64,000 nucleotides of DNA, taken from an uncultured Candidatus Saccharibacteria bacterium (GTDB lineage Bacteria; Patescibacteriota; Minisyncoccia; Phycocordibacterales; Phycocordibacteraceae). The position numbers were made by a program, and so were the translations under genes. Shown here piece after piece: positions 26,532-35,157 of the stretch. Below the pieces are notes generated by a model that searched no databases, was not told where the DNA came from, and saw only the letters and a list, made by a program, of their open reading frames with translations. The stretch is from positions 708-64,707 of the forward strand of contig CAZXAN010000004.1 in the NCBI GenBank assembly GCA_964638585.1, written 5' to 3'. Position 1 is the stretch's first letter, and each line of letters opens with the position of its first letter.

Positions 26532-28028
26532 ATGGGAATGCTTATTGCCGTCACTTCCGGATTCGCAGGCGGGGTGTTTGCGAGGTCACTACTGTTTGAA
26601 AACTGGTGGCCGGTTTTATTTTTTATTCTGCTCGCGGCGCTGATTGGCGCTTTTGCTTTTTTGAAACCGCGCCTTGCGTACTCGCTTGGCGCGGTTTTCT
26701 GCGTGTGCGTGGCGCTCGGCATGGTGAGGTCGGCTGTTGCTGATACTCCGCTGCCACAAACATTTGTCGCTGACTTGAAACATCGCGTGCAATATGAAGG
26801 AGTTGTTGTGAGTGATCCTGATGTACGCGAAAAGAATCAACGTATTGGGATCGTCGTTGAAAAAGAAGGGGAGAAGGTTGGCGCACTCGCGGTGATGCCT
26901 CTCTCTGCAAATGTGCGCGTCGGCGACCGCGTGCGCGTGTACGGGACACTCTCGCTCCCACAAGCATTCGAGACAGATAACGGTCGCACTTTTCGTTATG
27001 ATAAATATCTGGAGGCACGCGGTATTCGTTTCTTAATTCAATATGGTTCTATTTATAGGACAGAATCTGCTCCATGGTATTCACTCCCTGCCACGCTTGC
27101 GCGTATTAAACACTCATTCTTAGATGGTCTTGCCCGTGCACTGCCGAATCCTGATTCAGCGCTCGCCGGTGGCATCGTCATAGGAGGGAAGGAGGGGTTA
27201 GGCACGGCACTTAAAGAGGCATTCACACGTTCGGGGCTTGTGCAGATCATAGTACTCTCTGGATACAACGTGATGATCGTCGCTGAGTGGGTGATGGCCT
27301 TCTTTGCGCTTCTCGCCCTCCCGCGTCGCCTTCAGTTCTTCGCCGGCGGGGCAGCGCTTCTCCTCTTTGTCGGTATTGCAGGCATATCTGCCACAGCGGT
27401 GCGCGCCGCGATAATGGCAGTGATCGCGCTCTACGCACGCGCGACCGGGCGCTCTTACGCCGCAAGCCGCGCCCTCTTATTTGCTGTTCTGTTGATGCTT
27501 GTGTGGAATCCTCTCTATCTCGTTTTTGATCCGGGCTTCGGCCTCTCGGTAGCCGCGACCGCCGGCATCATCTGGCTGGCTCCAATTATTGAATCTCGTC
27601 TTATGCGACTGTGGCCTTTCTTGAGAAATGTGGTTGCGACTACTCTCGCCGCACAAATTTCAGTTTTACCGTTACTCCTCTACAACATCGGACTTTTCTC
27701 GCTCGTCGCCCTGCCGGCGAATCTCCTCGTCAATCCTGTTGTGCCACTTGCGATGGCGTGGGCAGCCGTAGCGGGCATCGTAGGAATGACCCTTGGGGCT
27801 TTCGTTCCTGTCCTCGCCACCATCGTTGGATATCCTCTCTTTATCATCACGCGCTATTTCATATTTATTGCAGAGAAAAGTTCGGCACTCCCTTTTGCCG
27901 CATTCAATCTCCCGCTATTTTCATTTTGGCTCGTTCTTGTCGCGTATGCAGGATTAATTTATTTAGCGAGGTCAAAACGTTTCTCCACTACAGACCAATT
28001 CAAATTCGCGAAGAAAGCGTCAATGTAG
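26532..28028 (+). CDS. comEC: DNA internalization-related competence protein ComEC/Rec2 (no C-terminal metallo-beta-lactamase domain)
   Basis: Polytopic membrane protein with competence domain (GGIVIGGKEGLG...GLVQIIVLSGYNVMIV); TAGGAG RBS. Confidence 0.8.
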   Translation: MGMLIAVTSGFAGGVFARSLLFENWWPVLFFILLAALIGAFAFLKPRLAYSLGAVFCVCVALGMVRSAVADTPLPQTFVADLKHRVQYEGVVVSDPDVREKNQRIGIVVEKEGEKVGALAVMPLSANVRVGDRVRVYGTLSLPQAFETDNGRTFRYDKYLEARGIRFLIQYGSIYRTESAPWYSLPATLARIKHSFLDGLARALPNPDSALAGGIVIGGKEGLGTALKEAFTRSGLVQIIVLSGYNVMIVAEWVMAFFALLALPRRLQFFAGGAALLLFVGIAGISATAVRAAIMAVIALYARATGRSYAASRALLFAVLLMLVWNPLYLVFDPGFGLSVAATAGIIWLAPIIESRLMRLWPFLRNVVATTLAAQISVLPLLLYNIGLFSLVALPANLLVNPVVPLAMAWAAVAGIVGMTLGAFVPVLATIVGYPLFIITRYFIFIAEKSSALPFAAFNLPLFSFWLVLVAYAGLIYLARSKRFSTTDQFKFAKKASM

Positions 28029-28558
28029 TTTTTCTTTTCTGCAGGCACATAATCAACCATATAGGCGTGCTCCCAGAGGTCTAGAGCGAGCAGTATCGGT
28101 AGCCCCGCGAGCTGGCCGACTTCGTGATCACCAACAAACGTTGTGTGAATAGTGTTCGCAACAGGATCTTTGTAAACCACCACCCAGCCGATGCCTCGTG
28201 TATTCGCAACGCTGCGAATGTGATCTTCTAGACTCATTTCTCCGTATTTTTCTTTTGCCGCATTTGCTAGGGCGCTGTCTGCCGTGAGGGAGGTCTGACC
28301 TCCCTCAAACTGCGAGAAGTATAGTTCGTGCATGCGCATGCCGTTAAACTCAAATGCATAACGGCGGCGCATCTCAGTAGTCGCGTACTTATCACCCTCT
28401 GTTGCTTTGTCGCCATAGGCCGCATAGCCCTTGAGCGTTTCCGCGATAAGGTTCACGTGCTTCACATAGCCCTCATAAAGCGCGAGATGTACTTTTATCT
28501 GTTTCTCTGACAATCCCTGCAGGGCAGGTAGGTTAAACGTTTTGGCTGTGTATGTCAT
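27959..28558 (-). CDS. sodA: Fe/Mn superoxide dismutase
   Basis: LPALQGLSEKQIKVHL...HH...DLWEHAYM...NWSVVEKRF C-terminus typical of Fe/Mn SOD. Confidence 0.85.
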   Translation of the reverse strand: MTYTAKTFNLPALQGLSEKQIKVHLALYEGYVKHVNLIAETLKGYAAYGDKATEGDKYATTEMRRRYAFEFNGMRMHELYFSQFEGGQTSLTADSALANAAKEKYGEMSLEDHIRSVANTRGIGWVVVYKDPVANTIHTTFVGDHEVGQLAGLPILLALDLWEHAYMVDYVPAEKKNYIDAFFANLNWSVVEKRFDLAK

Positions 28559-28621
28559 AGACCTAAAATGTACCACACCCGCTTGCGTGGATGTGTTTGG
28601 GGACACGCGATGTTCCCGGCT

Positions 28622-28864
28622 TTAAATAGCTCCCGCTTTTTTGAGCGCTGCGAATGCACCGTTCTTCTTAATAGTCTTGAGGCCCTTGACGGAGACGTCA
28701 ACAATGACAGTCTTGCCGAGTTCGGCGACGTAGATGCGACGTTTCTGGAGATTGGCCTTACGACGGACCTTGCCGGTCGGGTTAAATTGCGTCGCACGAG
28801 TGCGGTTAGAATACCGCCCGCCTATCTGCGTGCTTTTACCTGTGATTTCGCATGCGCGTGCCAT
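28622..28864 (-). CDS. rpmB: 50S ribosomal protein L28
   Basis: MARACEITGK...RYSNRTRATQFNP bL28 signature. Confidence 0.85.
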   Translation of the reverse strand: MARACEITGKSTQIGGRYSNRTRATQFNPTGKVRRKANLQKRRIYVAELGKTVIVDVSVKGLKTIKKNGAFAALKKAGAI

Positions 28865-28929
28865 AAGTTGACCTATGGTAGCATTAGCTTATCTAATCAG
28901 CAATGGTTTGATAAAACTCACCCTAAAAT

Positions 28930-29565
28930 ATGGCTATTCTTATCTCTCTTGTAATACTTATCTTATCTGTCATCGCCCATGAAGTAGCGCACGGCTACGC
29001 CGCCAATTCCTTAGGTGATCCTACGGCCCGACTCGCAGGCCGTCTCACTATGAACCCTATCCCACACATAGACCTATTTGGCTCTATCATTCTCCCTGCA
29101 TTATTGGTACTAAGCACGTCGCCGATAATGTTCGGTTGGGCCAAGCCTGTTCCGTATAACCCATACAATCTGCGCAATCGTAGGTGGGGAGAGGTGCTCG
29201 TCGCGCTTGCAGGAGTGGCTACAAACATTCTACTCGCAATCATCTTTGGTCTTATAGTTCGTTACAGTACTGTGCTTGGTCTTGATGCTACAGCGATATC
29301 GGTTGCTGCAACTGTCGCCTTTATAAATCTTTTCTTGGGTCTTTTTAATCTCTTGCCATTCCCTCCATTAGACGGGTTCACAGCTCTTCGTGCTGGGTTA
29401 CCATGGAGTCTCTCTGTTGGATTAAGTCGTTTTGAACACCAAGTTCGCAATATGGGCATATTTTCACTCATCTTATTTCTTATTGTATTTTCTTACGTCT
29501 TCGCCGGTCCTTTTTATAAACTAGTTGTGTGGATGTTCACACTTATAGCCGGAAGCATGGCATAA
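28930..29565 (+). CDS. M50-family (site-2 protease-like) membrane metalloprotease
   Basis: HEVAHG zinc motif in first TM helix; multiple TM segments; 211 aa. Confidence 0.65.
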   Translation: MAILISLVILILSVIAHEVAHGYAANSLGDPTARLAGRLTMNPIPHIDLFGSIILPALLVLSTSPIMFGWAKPVPYNPYNLRNRRWGEVLVALAGVATNILLAIIFGLIVRYSTVLGLDATAISVAATVAFINLFLGLFNLLPFPPLDGFTALRAGLPWSLSVGLSRFEHQVRNMGIFSLILFLIVFSYVFAGPFYKLVVWMFTLIAGSMA

Positions 29566-29868
29566 ATGAAAAGAAGGTGGTTAGCCTCCTTCTCCTTGCG
29601 TTACGGATCACTCTCCTTTCTGATGCGTTAATCCGTTACTTTCATAAGCGACGTGCTAGTGCATTCTAACATGCTGTGCATTCGCCTGGCACGAACATCG
29701 TACTTCGGTAGTCCACAAATACTGCATAGATCTTGACCTTTCCGCTGGAAAAACTTCCCGCGGAAATAATTAACCAGCTTTTTAATCATAACGCCTCCTG
29801 AAATGAGCCTGCTTATACTCTATACCAACAGCGCGGGTCAAGATTAGTTATGCACTCCTGCTATACTG

Positions 29869-30309
29869 TTGGTAATGGAGTATCAGGTACCGCAGTTCAT
29901 TGAGGTAGAGAGCAAGGTTGTTGGGACACTGACCCTGCGACAGTTTATCTACGTTGCCGGCGGGGCAGGGCTTTGTGTTGTCTTCTTTATTTATTTGCCA
30001 ATCGTATTTGCTTTTCTTCTTTCTGCTCCTGTCGCTGGCCTCGCAGTGGCCCTATCTTTTTACAAAGTAAACGGCAAACCATTTATTGAGATGCTTGAAG
30101 CCGCGTTTAATTACTACATAAGAGGCAAACTCTTTCTGTGGAAGCATAAAGACCTTAGTGCGAAAGAGAGAAATACAGCCGCCGCCGCAGCGGCGGCGGC
30201 TGAGGCAACTTCACTAGAATCTCGCGAGACGCCCAAGCTCACGAGAGGAAAACTCTCGGAGTTGGCATGGTCCCTAGATGTCTCTACCGGAGACATACAA
30301 AGAAAGTAA
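29869..30309 (+). CDS. PrgI/VirB3-like small membrane protein of a type IV secretion-like system
   Basis: 146 aa, two adjacent TM helices (QFIYVAGGAGLCVVFFIYLPIVFAFLLSAPVAGLAVALSF) then charged tail with poly-Ala; directly precedes the VirB4-like ATPase, as prgI/virB3 does. Confidence 0.5.
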   Translation: MVMEYQVPQFIEVESKVVGTLTLRQFIYVAGGAGLCVVFFIYLPIVFAFLLSAPVAGLAVALSFYKVNGKPFIEMLEAAFNYYIRGKLFLWKHKDLSAKERNTAAAAAAAAEATSLESRETPKLTRGKLSELAWSLDVSTGDIQRK

Positions 30310-30310
30310 T

Positions 30311-30964
30311 ATGGCTACAAAACCAGCAAGAGCAACTCAACAATTCGTTCCGGTCAAAGAGATCAGGAACGGCACTATCGTACTTAAAGATGGTGGGTAT
30401 CGCGGTATTTTACTTTGTTCGTCTATCAACTTTGGCCTCAAGTCTGCCGACGAACAACACGCTATTACGCTCGGCTTCCAGAACTTTCTCAATACGCTAG
30501 ATTTTTCTATTCAGATTGTGATTAATTCACGCAAGATGGACCTGCGCCCGTACCTCACTCTGCTACAAGATAAAACAACAGAGCAAAAAACTGAACTCAT
30601 GAAGATACAGTTGCGTGAGTATGTTGAGTTCGTACGTTCTTTTGCTGACCAGGCGAACATTATGACAAAATCCTTTTATATAGTTGTTCCATATTCTTCA
30701 CACATGTCTGCGGTGAGTACGCTTAACTTTTTACAGCACTTGCCTGGTAGCAAGTCTGCTAACACATCAGACAAAAATGCACTGGCCAAAACTTCGTTTG
30801 AAGAGGATCGGGCACAGCTTGAACAAAGACTCTCTCTCGTCATCGCCGGCCTCTCTGGCACTGGAGTCCGCGCAGTTGCACTCGGTACCGAAGAGGTAAT
30901 AGAGCTTTTGTACAGGTCATTTAACCCTGGCGAACTAGAGAATCCTATTCGCCTAGATCAATAA
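30311..30964 (+). CDS. VirB4/TraC-like ATPase, N-terminal part (separate ORF)
   Basis: 217-aa ORF ending TAA three nt before the ATG of the ATPase-domain ORF; with the next ORF gives about 825 aa, typical VirB4 length. Confidence 0.5.
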   Translation: MATKPARATQQFVPVKEIRNGTIVLKDGGYRGILLCSSINFGLKSADEQHAITLGFQNFLNTLDFSIQIVINSRKMDLRPYLTLLQDKTTEQKTELMKIQLREYVEFVRSFADQANIMTKSFYIVVPYSSHMSAVSTLNFLQHLPGSKSANTSDKNALAKTSFEEDRAQLEQRLSLVIAGLSGTGVRAVALGTEEVIELLYRSFNPGELENPIRLDQ

Positions 30965-30966
30965 AT

Positions 30967-32793
30967 ATGTCTTTACTTGATTTTATTTCACGAAAAAAAG
31001 ATAAGGAGGAGCCGACTATAGTGCCGGTCTTACCAAGAGATATTTACAAACAAGGCTCTCTAGATCTTGTAGATACTATCGCTCCTACAGCTCTTAAGAT
31101 AGGCTCGCGCGAGATAGAGCTCGGCGAGAAGTTTGCCCGTGCCTTTTACACTATCTCTTATCCTAGATTCTTAACCGACAGTTGGTTCTCGCCTGTCATT
31201 AATCTAGACAAGGTTCTAGACGTCTCTCTATTCATCCACCCTATAGATACTGCACAGGCTCTGCGTGGATTCCAAAAGAAGGTAGCCGAAGTGCAGAGCC
31301 AGATCAACGAACGTGAGGCCAAAGGACTTGTTCGCGACCCACTTCTAGACACTGCTTACCAAGACCTTGAGAGCTTGCGCGACAATCTGCAACAAGCACA
31401 AGAAAAGCTCTTTGACGTTGGTCTATATATCGCATTATATGGCGATTCTAAAGAAGAGATTGATAAGACAGAAGGTGATATCCGTGGGATTCTTGACGCC
31501 AAGCTCGTCTACACCAAGCCAGCCCTCTTCCAACAAGAACAAGGGTTTCGGTCTTGTCTCCCTCTCGGCACTGACGAGCTTCTTGTAAATTCAAAATTAA
31601 ACTCCTCACCCCTATCTTCTATATTCCCGTTTGTTTCTTTTGACTTAACAAGTGACAGAGGAATTCTCTATGGGATAAACAGACACAACTCTTCACTCAT
31701 ACTTTTTGATCGATTTTCACTAGAGAACTACAACTCTGTGGTCTTCGCCAAGTCTGGCTCTGGCAAGAGCTACGCAACAAAGTTAGAGATACTGCGTTCT
31801 CTAATGTTCGGTACAAATGTTATCGTCATTGATCCAGAGCGCGAATACGAACAGCTCGCCGAGTCTACGGGAGGTCGTTCGTTCCACATATCTCTCTCGT
31901 CAGAGCATCACATCAACCCATTTGATCTCCCGCCGGTTAAAGAAGATGAAGACCCTAAGGATATTCTGCGTTCAAACATTATTTCTCTTGTAGGACTATT
32001 CCGCATTATGCTATCTGGCCTTAGCCCAGAAGAAGACGCGATAATTGATCGAGCTATCAGCGAGACTTATGCGCTAAAAGATATCACGGGCGATACAGAC
32101 TTTACCGGCGCAGAGCCTCCTCTCATTTCTGACTTTGAACAAGTGCTTTCTGGTATGGAAGGAAGCGAGTCATTGGTTGAACGACTCTCTAAGTACACGC
32201 GAGGGAGCTGGGCTGGATTCCTCAATCAGCCAACAAATATAGACTTAACTCAGCAATTTGAAGTATTCTCTGTGCGTGATATGGAGGACGAGCTGAAGCC
32301 GGTCGCGATGTATATAATCACTCACTATATCTGGAATGCTGTGCGCCATGAGATGAAAAAACGTTTACTGATTATAGACGAGGCGTGGTGGATGATGAAG
32401 AGCGATGACACTGCGTCCTTCTTATATTCTGTTGCAAAAAGAGGCAGAAAGTATTACTTGGGAGTCTGCACAATTACACAAGACGTTGAAGACTTCTTAA
32501 AGAGCCCATACGGCCGTCCTATCCTTACAAACTCTTCTCTGCAATTATTGTTGAAGCAGTCGCCAACTACAATAGATGTTTTACAAAAAACTTTTAACTT
32601 AACGGATGAGGAAAAATACTTATTGCTGGAGGCCGGAGTAGGAGAGGGGCTCTTCTTTGCGGGACTGAAACACGTAGCGATTAAGGTTATCGCAAGCTAC
32701 ACAGAAGACCAGATAATTACATCTGATCCATCCCAACTCCTCGCGATAAAAGAAGGCAAAGAACGACATGCTGCAGAAGACCAAAAGAAGTGA
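30967..32793 (+). CDS. VirB4/TrbE/PrgJ-like type IV secretion ATPase (ATPase domain)
   Basis: Walker A VVFAKSGSGKSYAT, Walker B LLIIDEAWWMM, downstream conserved VirB4-type motifs. Confidence 0.75.
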   Translation: MSLLDFISRKKDKEEPTIVPVLPRDIYKQGSLDLVDTIAPTALKIGSREIELGEKFARAFYTISYPRFLTDSWFSPVINLDKVLDVSLFIHPIDTAQALRGFQKKVAEVQSQINEREAKGLVRDPLLDTAYQDLESLRDNLQQAQEKLFDVGLYIALYGDSKEEIDKTEGDIRGILDAKLVYTKPALFQQEQGFRSCLPLGTDELLVNSKLNSSPLSSIFPFVSFDLTSDRGILYGINRHNSSLILFDRFSLENYNSVVFAKSGSGKSYATKLEILRSLMFGTNVIVIDPEREYEQLAESTGGRSFHISLSSEHHINPFDLPPVKEDEDPKDILRSNIISLVGLFRIMLSGLSPEEDAIIDRAISETYALKDITGDTDFTGAEPPLISDFEQVLSGMEGSESLVERLSKYTRGSWAGFLNQPTNIDLTQQFEVFSVRDMEDELKPVAMYIITHYIWNAVRHEMKKRLLIIDEAWWMMKSDDTASFLYSVAKRGRKYYLGVCTITQDVEDFLKSPYGRPILTNSSLQLLLKQSPTTIDVLQKTFNLTDEEKYLLLEAGVGEGLFFAGLKHVAIKVIASYTEDQIITSDPSQLLAIKEGKERHAAEDQKK

Positions 32794-32805
32794 CCCGCCA
32801 GAGGT

Positions 32806-33484
32806 GATGACGTGGCCTAAGGCCACGCCAGTCCTCGCGATTGCAGTCGTCTTTGACGCTCTGCGTTTTATGTTTACCTGGTTCGTATTCTTTGGCCCTG
32901 CGTTGGCTGCGCTCTACTGCACGTTAAAAGTCAGCGACTCAATAGGTACGACAGCGGCCGGATTTGTTTGCACGGCTGGTGCTGGCATCGTTGGGATCTT
33001 TGGCGCAGAGATAACAACACCACTTGGCGCAGTAATGGCGATGGTAACTGCGCTCGCTGGCTGGATGGCGATTGGAGTTTATTTGATTAGGAAGAATCCA
33101 CGCATATTCAGAGAAAACGCACTGTGGTTCGGTGGTAGCCTACTACTAAGCGAGGTGCCTTTCGTCAACTCTATACCGGCGTTTACGATCACAATGTTAA
33201 AGATGTACAGCACGCAAATCAGAGTAGAAAAAATCGCATATAAGAAATGGAGCGAGAAAAACTCTGCTATAGATCGACAAGAACGCGATCGCCAAGCCTT
33301 GCAACAATCACAGTCTCTACAGCTTCAGCAAGCCGATCAACAGCAAGCATTAGATAACGAGTGGCAAGGCCATCTGGCTCAACAAGACGAACGAGAAACA
33401 GCTGGTGATGATTTTGGCGGTATGCAATTCAATCAACAAGGTGCAGAAAATGAAAAAGATAACAACAACGATGCAAGGGCCTAA
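32806..33484 (+). CDS. polytopic membrane protein, VirB6/TrbL-like candidate, with Gln-rich C-terminal tail
   Basis: 4-5 predicted TM helices; RBS AGAGGTGA before MTWPKATPV; position after VirB4 as for VirB6-like channel proteins. Confidence 0.4.
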
Positions 33485-34496
33485 TAGGCTGTATAATGGC
33501 AGTATGCGTTCTGGACTTTTTACTGCCATCACTATCGCTCTTCTTCTGCCTGTGGTAGCTGGAGCACAGTCGCTTGAGTCTATGAATAGTTCTCAGCCCT
33601 TTACTGTATCGGTGAGTCCTCAATTCCCAACACCCTTAAGCCAGGCGACTCTATCGTTTCTCTCTAGCTCGCTTGAGCTAAACAATTCAATAGTTACAGT
33701 GTCTGTTGATGGCAAAGAAATATACACTGGTAGCGCGCGCCCTGTCTCTCTCACTCTCGGCAAAACTGGCAGTGTCACAAATGTAACTGTAAAGGTTGTA
33801 ACTAATGGTCAAACATATACCCAGAAAGTCTCTCTACAGCCACAAGACATCTCTCTTGTTGTTGAGCCCGTATCTTCATCGCCCCCTCTCTATCAAGGCA
33901 AGTCGTTTGTACCGCTTGAAGGAGATGTTCGTGTCGTCGCGATGGCGAACATGAAGAGCTCGAACGGCAGGGCGGTTGACCCTTCTCAACTCGCCTATAC
34001 CTGGAAGGTAGACGCTGCCACCCTCGCGAGTGCCTCGGGGATAGGGAAGAAAGCGCTTCTCGTCGCATCTCCTCTGCAATATCGTTCGCGTTCTGTGTCT
34101 GTCTCTGTGATGAGTCAAGACGGCGCTCTTGTTGGTGGAGCAGAGGTTGCTCTAACGGCGCTTGAGCCGTCTATTAGAATCTATGAGAACGACCCGCTTC
34201 TAGGATTGCGTTATGAGAGAGCGATTTCAGGTTCGTTTAATATCCTAGACGCAGAATCTTCTCTATATGCTGCGCCATTCTCCTTGCCGACCACTGGCGG
34301 TGCGCCATTTATCCAGTGGTTCTTAGATGGCAACTCTGTGCAGACCGGAAATTCTATAACTCTGCGCCCTACGGGCTCTGGAGAAGGGACAGCCTCTCTC
34401 TCGCTCACGGCGTCTACAGGAGAGTCGGGCTCGACTAGCGCAATACTCTCACTTATCTTTGGTACCAAACCAAGCTTTAACCTATTTGGCTTATGA
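33450..34496 (+). CDS. secreted beta-rich protein (signal peptide), T4SS-locus associated
   Basis: MKKITTT...LLLPVVAGAQS signal peptide; repetitive Ser/Val-rich Ig-like composition. Confidence 0.45.
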   Translation: MKKITTTMQGPNRLYNGSMRSGLFTAITIALLLPVVAGAQSLESMNSSQPFTVSVSPQFPTPLSQATLSFLSSSLELNNSIVTVSVDGKEIYTGSARPVSLTLGKTGSVTNVTVKVVTNGQTYTQKVSLQPQDISLVVEPVSSSPPLYQGKSFVPLEGDVRVVAMANMKSSNGRAVDPSQLAYTWKVDAATLASASGIGKKALLVASPLQYRSRSVSVSVMSQDGALVGGAEVALTALEPSIRIYENDPLLGLRYERAISGSFNILDAESSLYAAPFSLPTTGGAPFIQWFLDGNSVQTGNSITLRPTGSGEGTASLSLTASTGESGSTSAILSLIFGTKPSFNLFGL

Positions 34497-35155
34497 AAAA
34501 ACTTATATTCTTCTCTGTCTCTGTCCTCTTTCTTGGCTTAGCTACTCATGCATATGCACAAGGGTTCGTAGGGCTCGCACCAGTGCCTGGACTTACAGAC
34601 ATACAGCCAACAGAGGGAGGTCTCGCCGCGTTTTTTAACAATCTATACAAGTTTGCCATCGGGGCCGCCGCTGTTCTGGCTGTCATTATGATTATTTGGG
34701 GCGGATTAGAGATATCAACACAAGACTCTGTTGGCAATCAAAGTGCTGGTAGAGATAAGATACGCAACGCGATTCTCGGTCTCGTCCTCGTCCTCTCTCC
34801 CGTACTCGTTTTCTCTCTTATCAATCCATCTATCTTAAATCTCTCTTTGAATCTACCTCCTATTGATCTAAAAACAGTTCCTGTCGCCACTCCAACTTCT
34901 TGCCCGTCAGGAACGATTGGTACTTATCCTGACTGTAAACCTCCATGTACAGGGAGCCGCAGAACAAATTGTAATCAGCCTCCCGTTTTTAATGATGGTC
35001 CATACCCTTCTGCACAAGCTGGTCGTTGGTGTCATGGAATTGTTCCTGGTGGTGGGAATAACTTCATGTGTTACAAAGAAAAGTCCGTCTGTGAAAACCA
35101 GTATGCAGCAGAAGTAAAAAATAAGACTGCAACTAGTCCGTGCACAACATTTTAA
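34493..35155 (+). CDS. TrbC/VirB2-like pilin candidate with Cys-rich C-terminal extension
   Basis: Signal peptide then two hydrophobic helices (LYKFAIGAAAVLAVIMIIWGG ... IRNAILGLVLVLSPVLVFSLI), the VirB2/TrbC topology; C-terminal 90 aa has 8 Cys. Confidence 0.45.
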   Translation: MKKLIFFSVSVLFLGLATHAYAQGFVGLAPVPGLTDIQPTEGGLAAFFNNLYKFAIGAAAVLAVIMIIWGGLEISTQDSVGNQSAGRDKIRNAILGLVLVLSPVLVFSLINPSILNLSLNLPPIDLKTVPVATPTSCPSGTIGTYPDCKPPCTGSRRTNCNQPPVFNDGPYPSAQAGRWCHGIVPGGGNNFMCYKEKSVCENQYAAEVKNKTATSPCTTF

Positions 35156-35157
35156 AC

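Noticed and set aside
30962-30969. VirB4 split as a frameshift pseudogene
   Set aside because: The junction is a clean in-frame stop followed 2 nt later by ATG; without orthologs it cannot be called a pseudogene, so both ORFs were kept and the split flagged instead.
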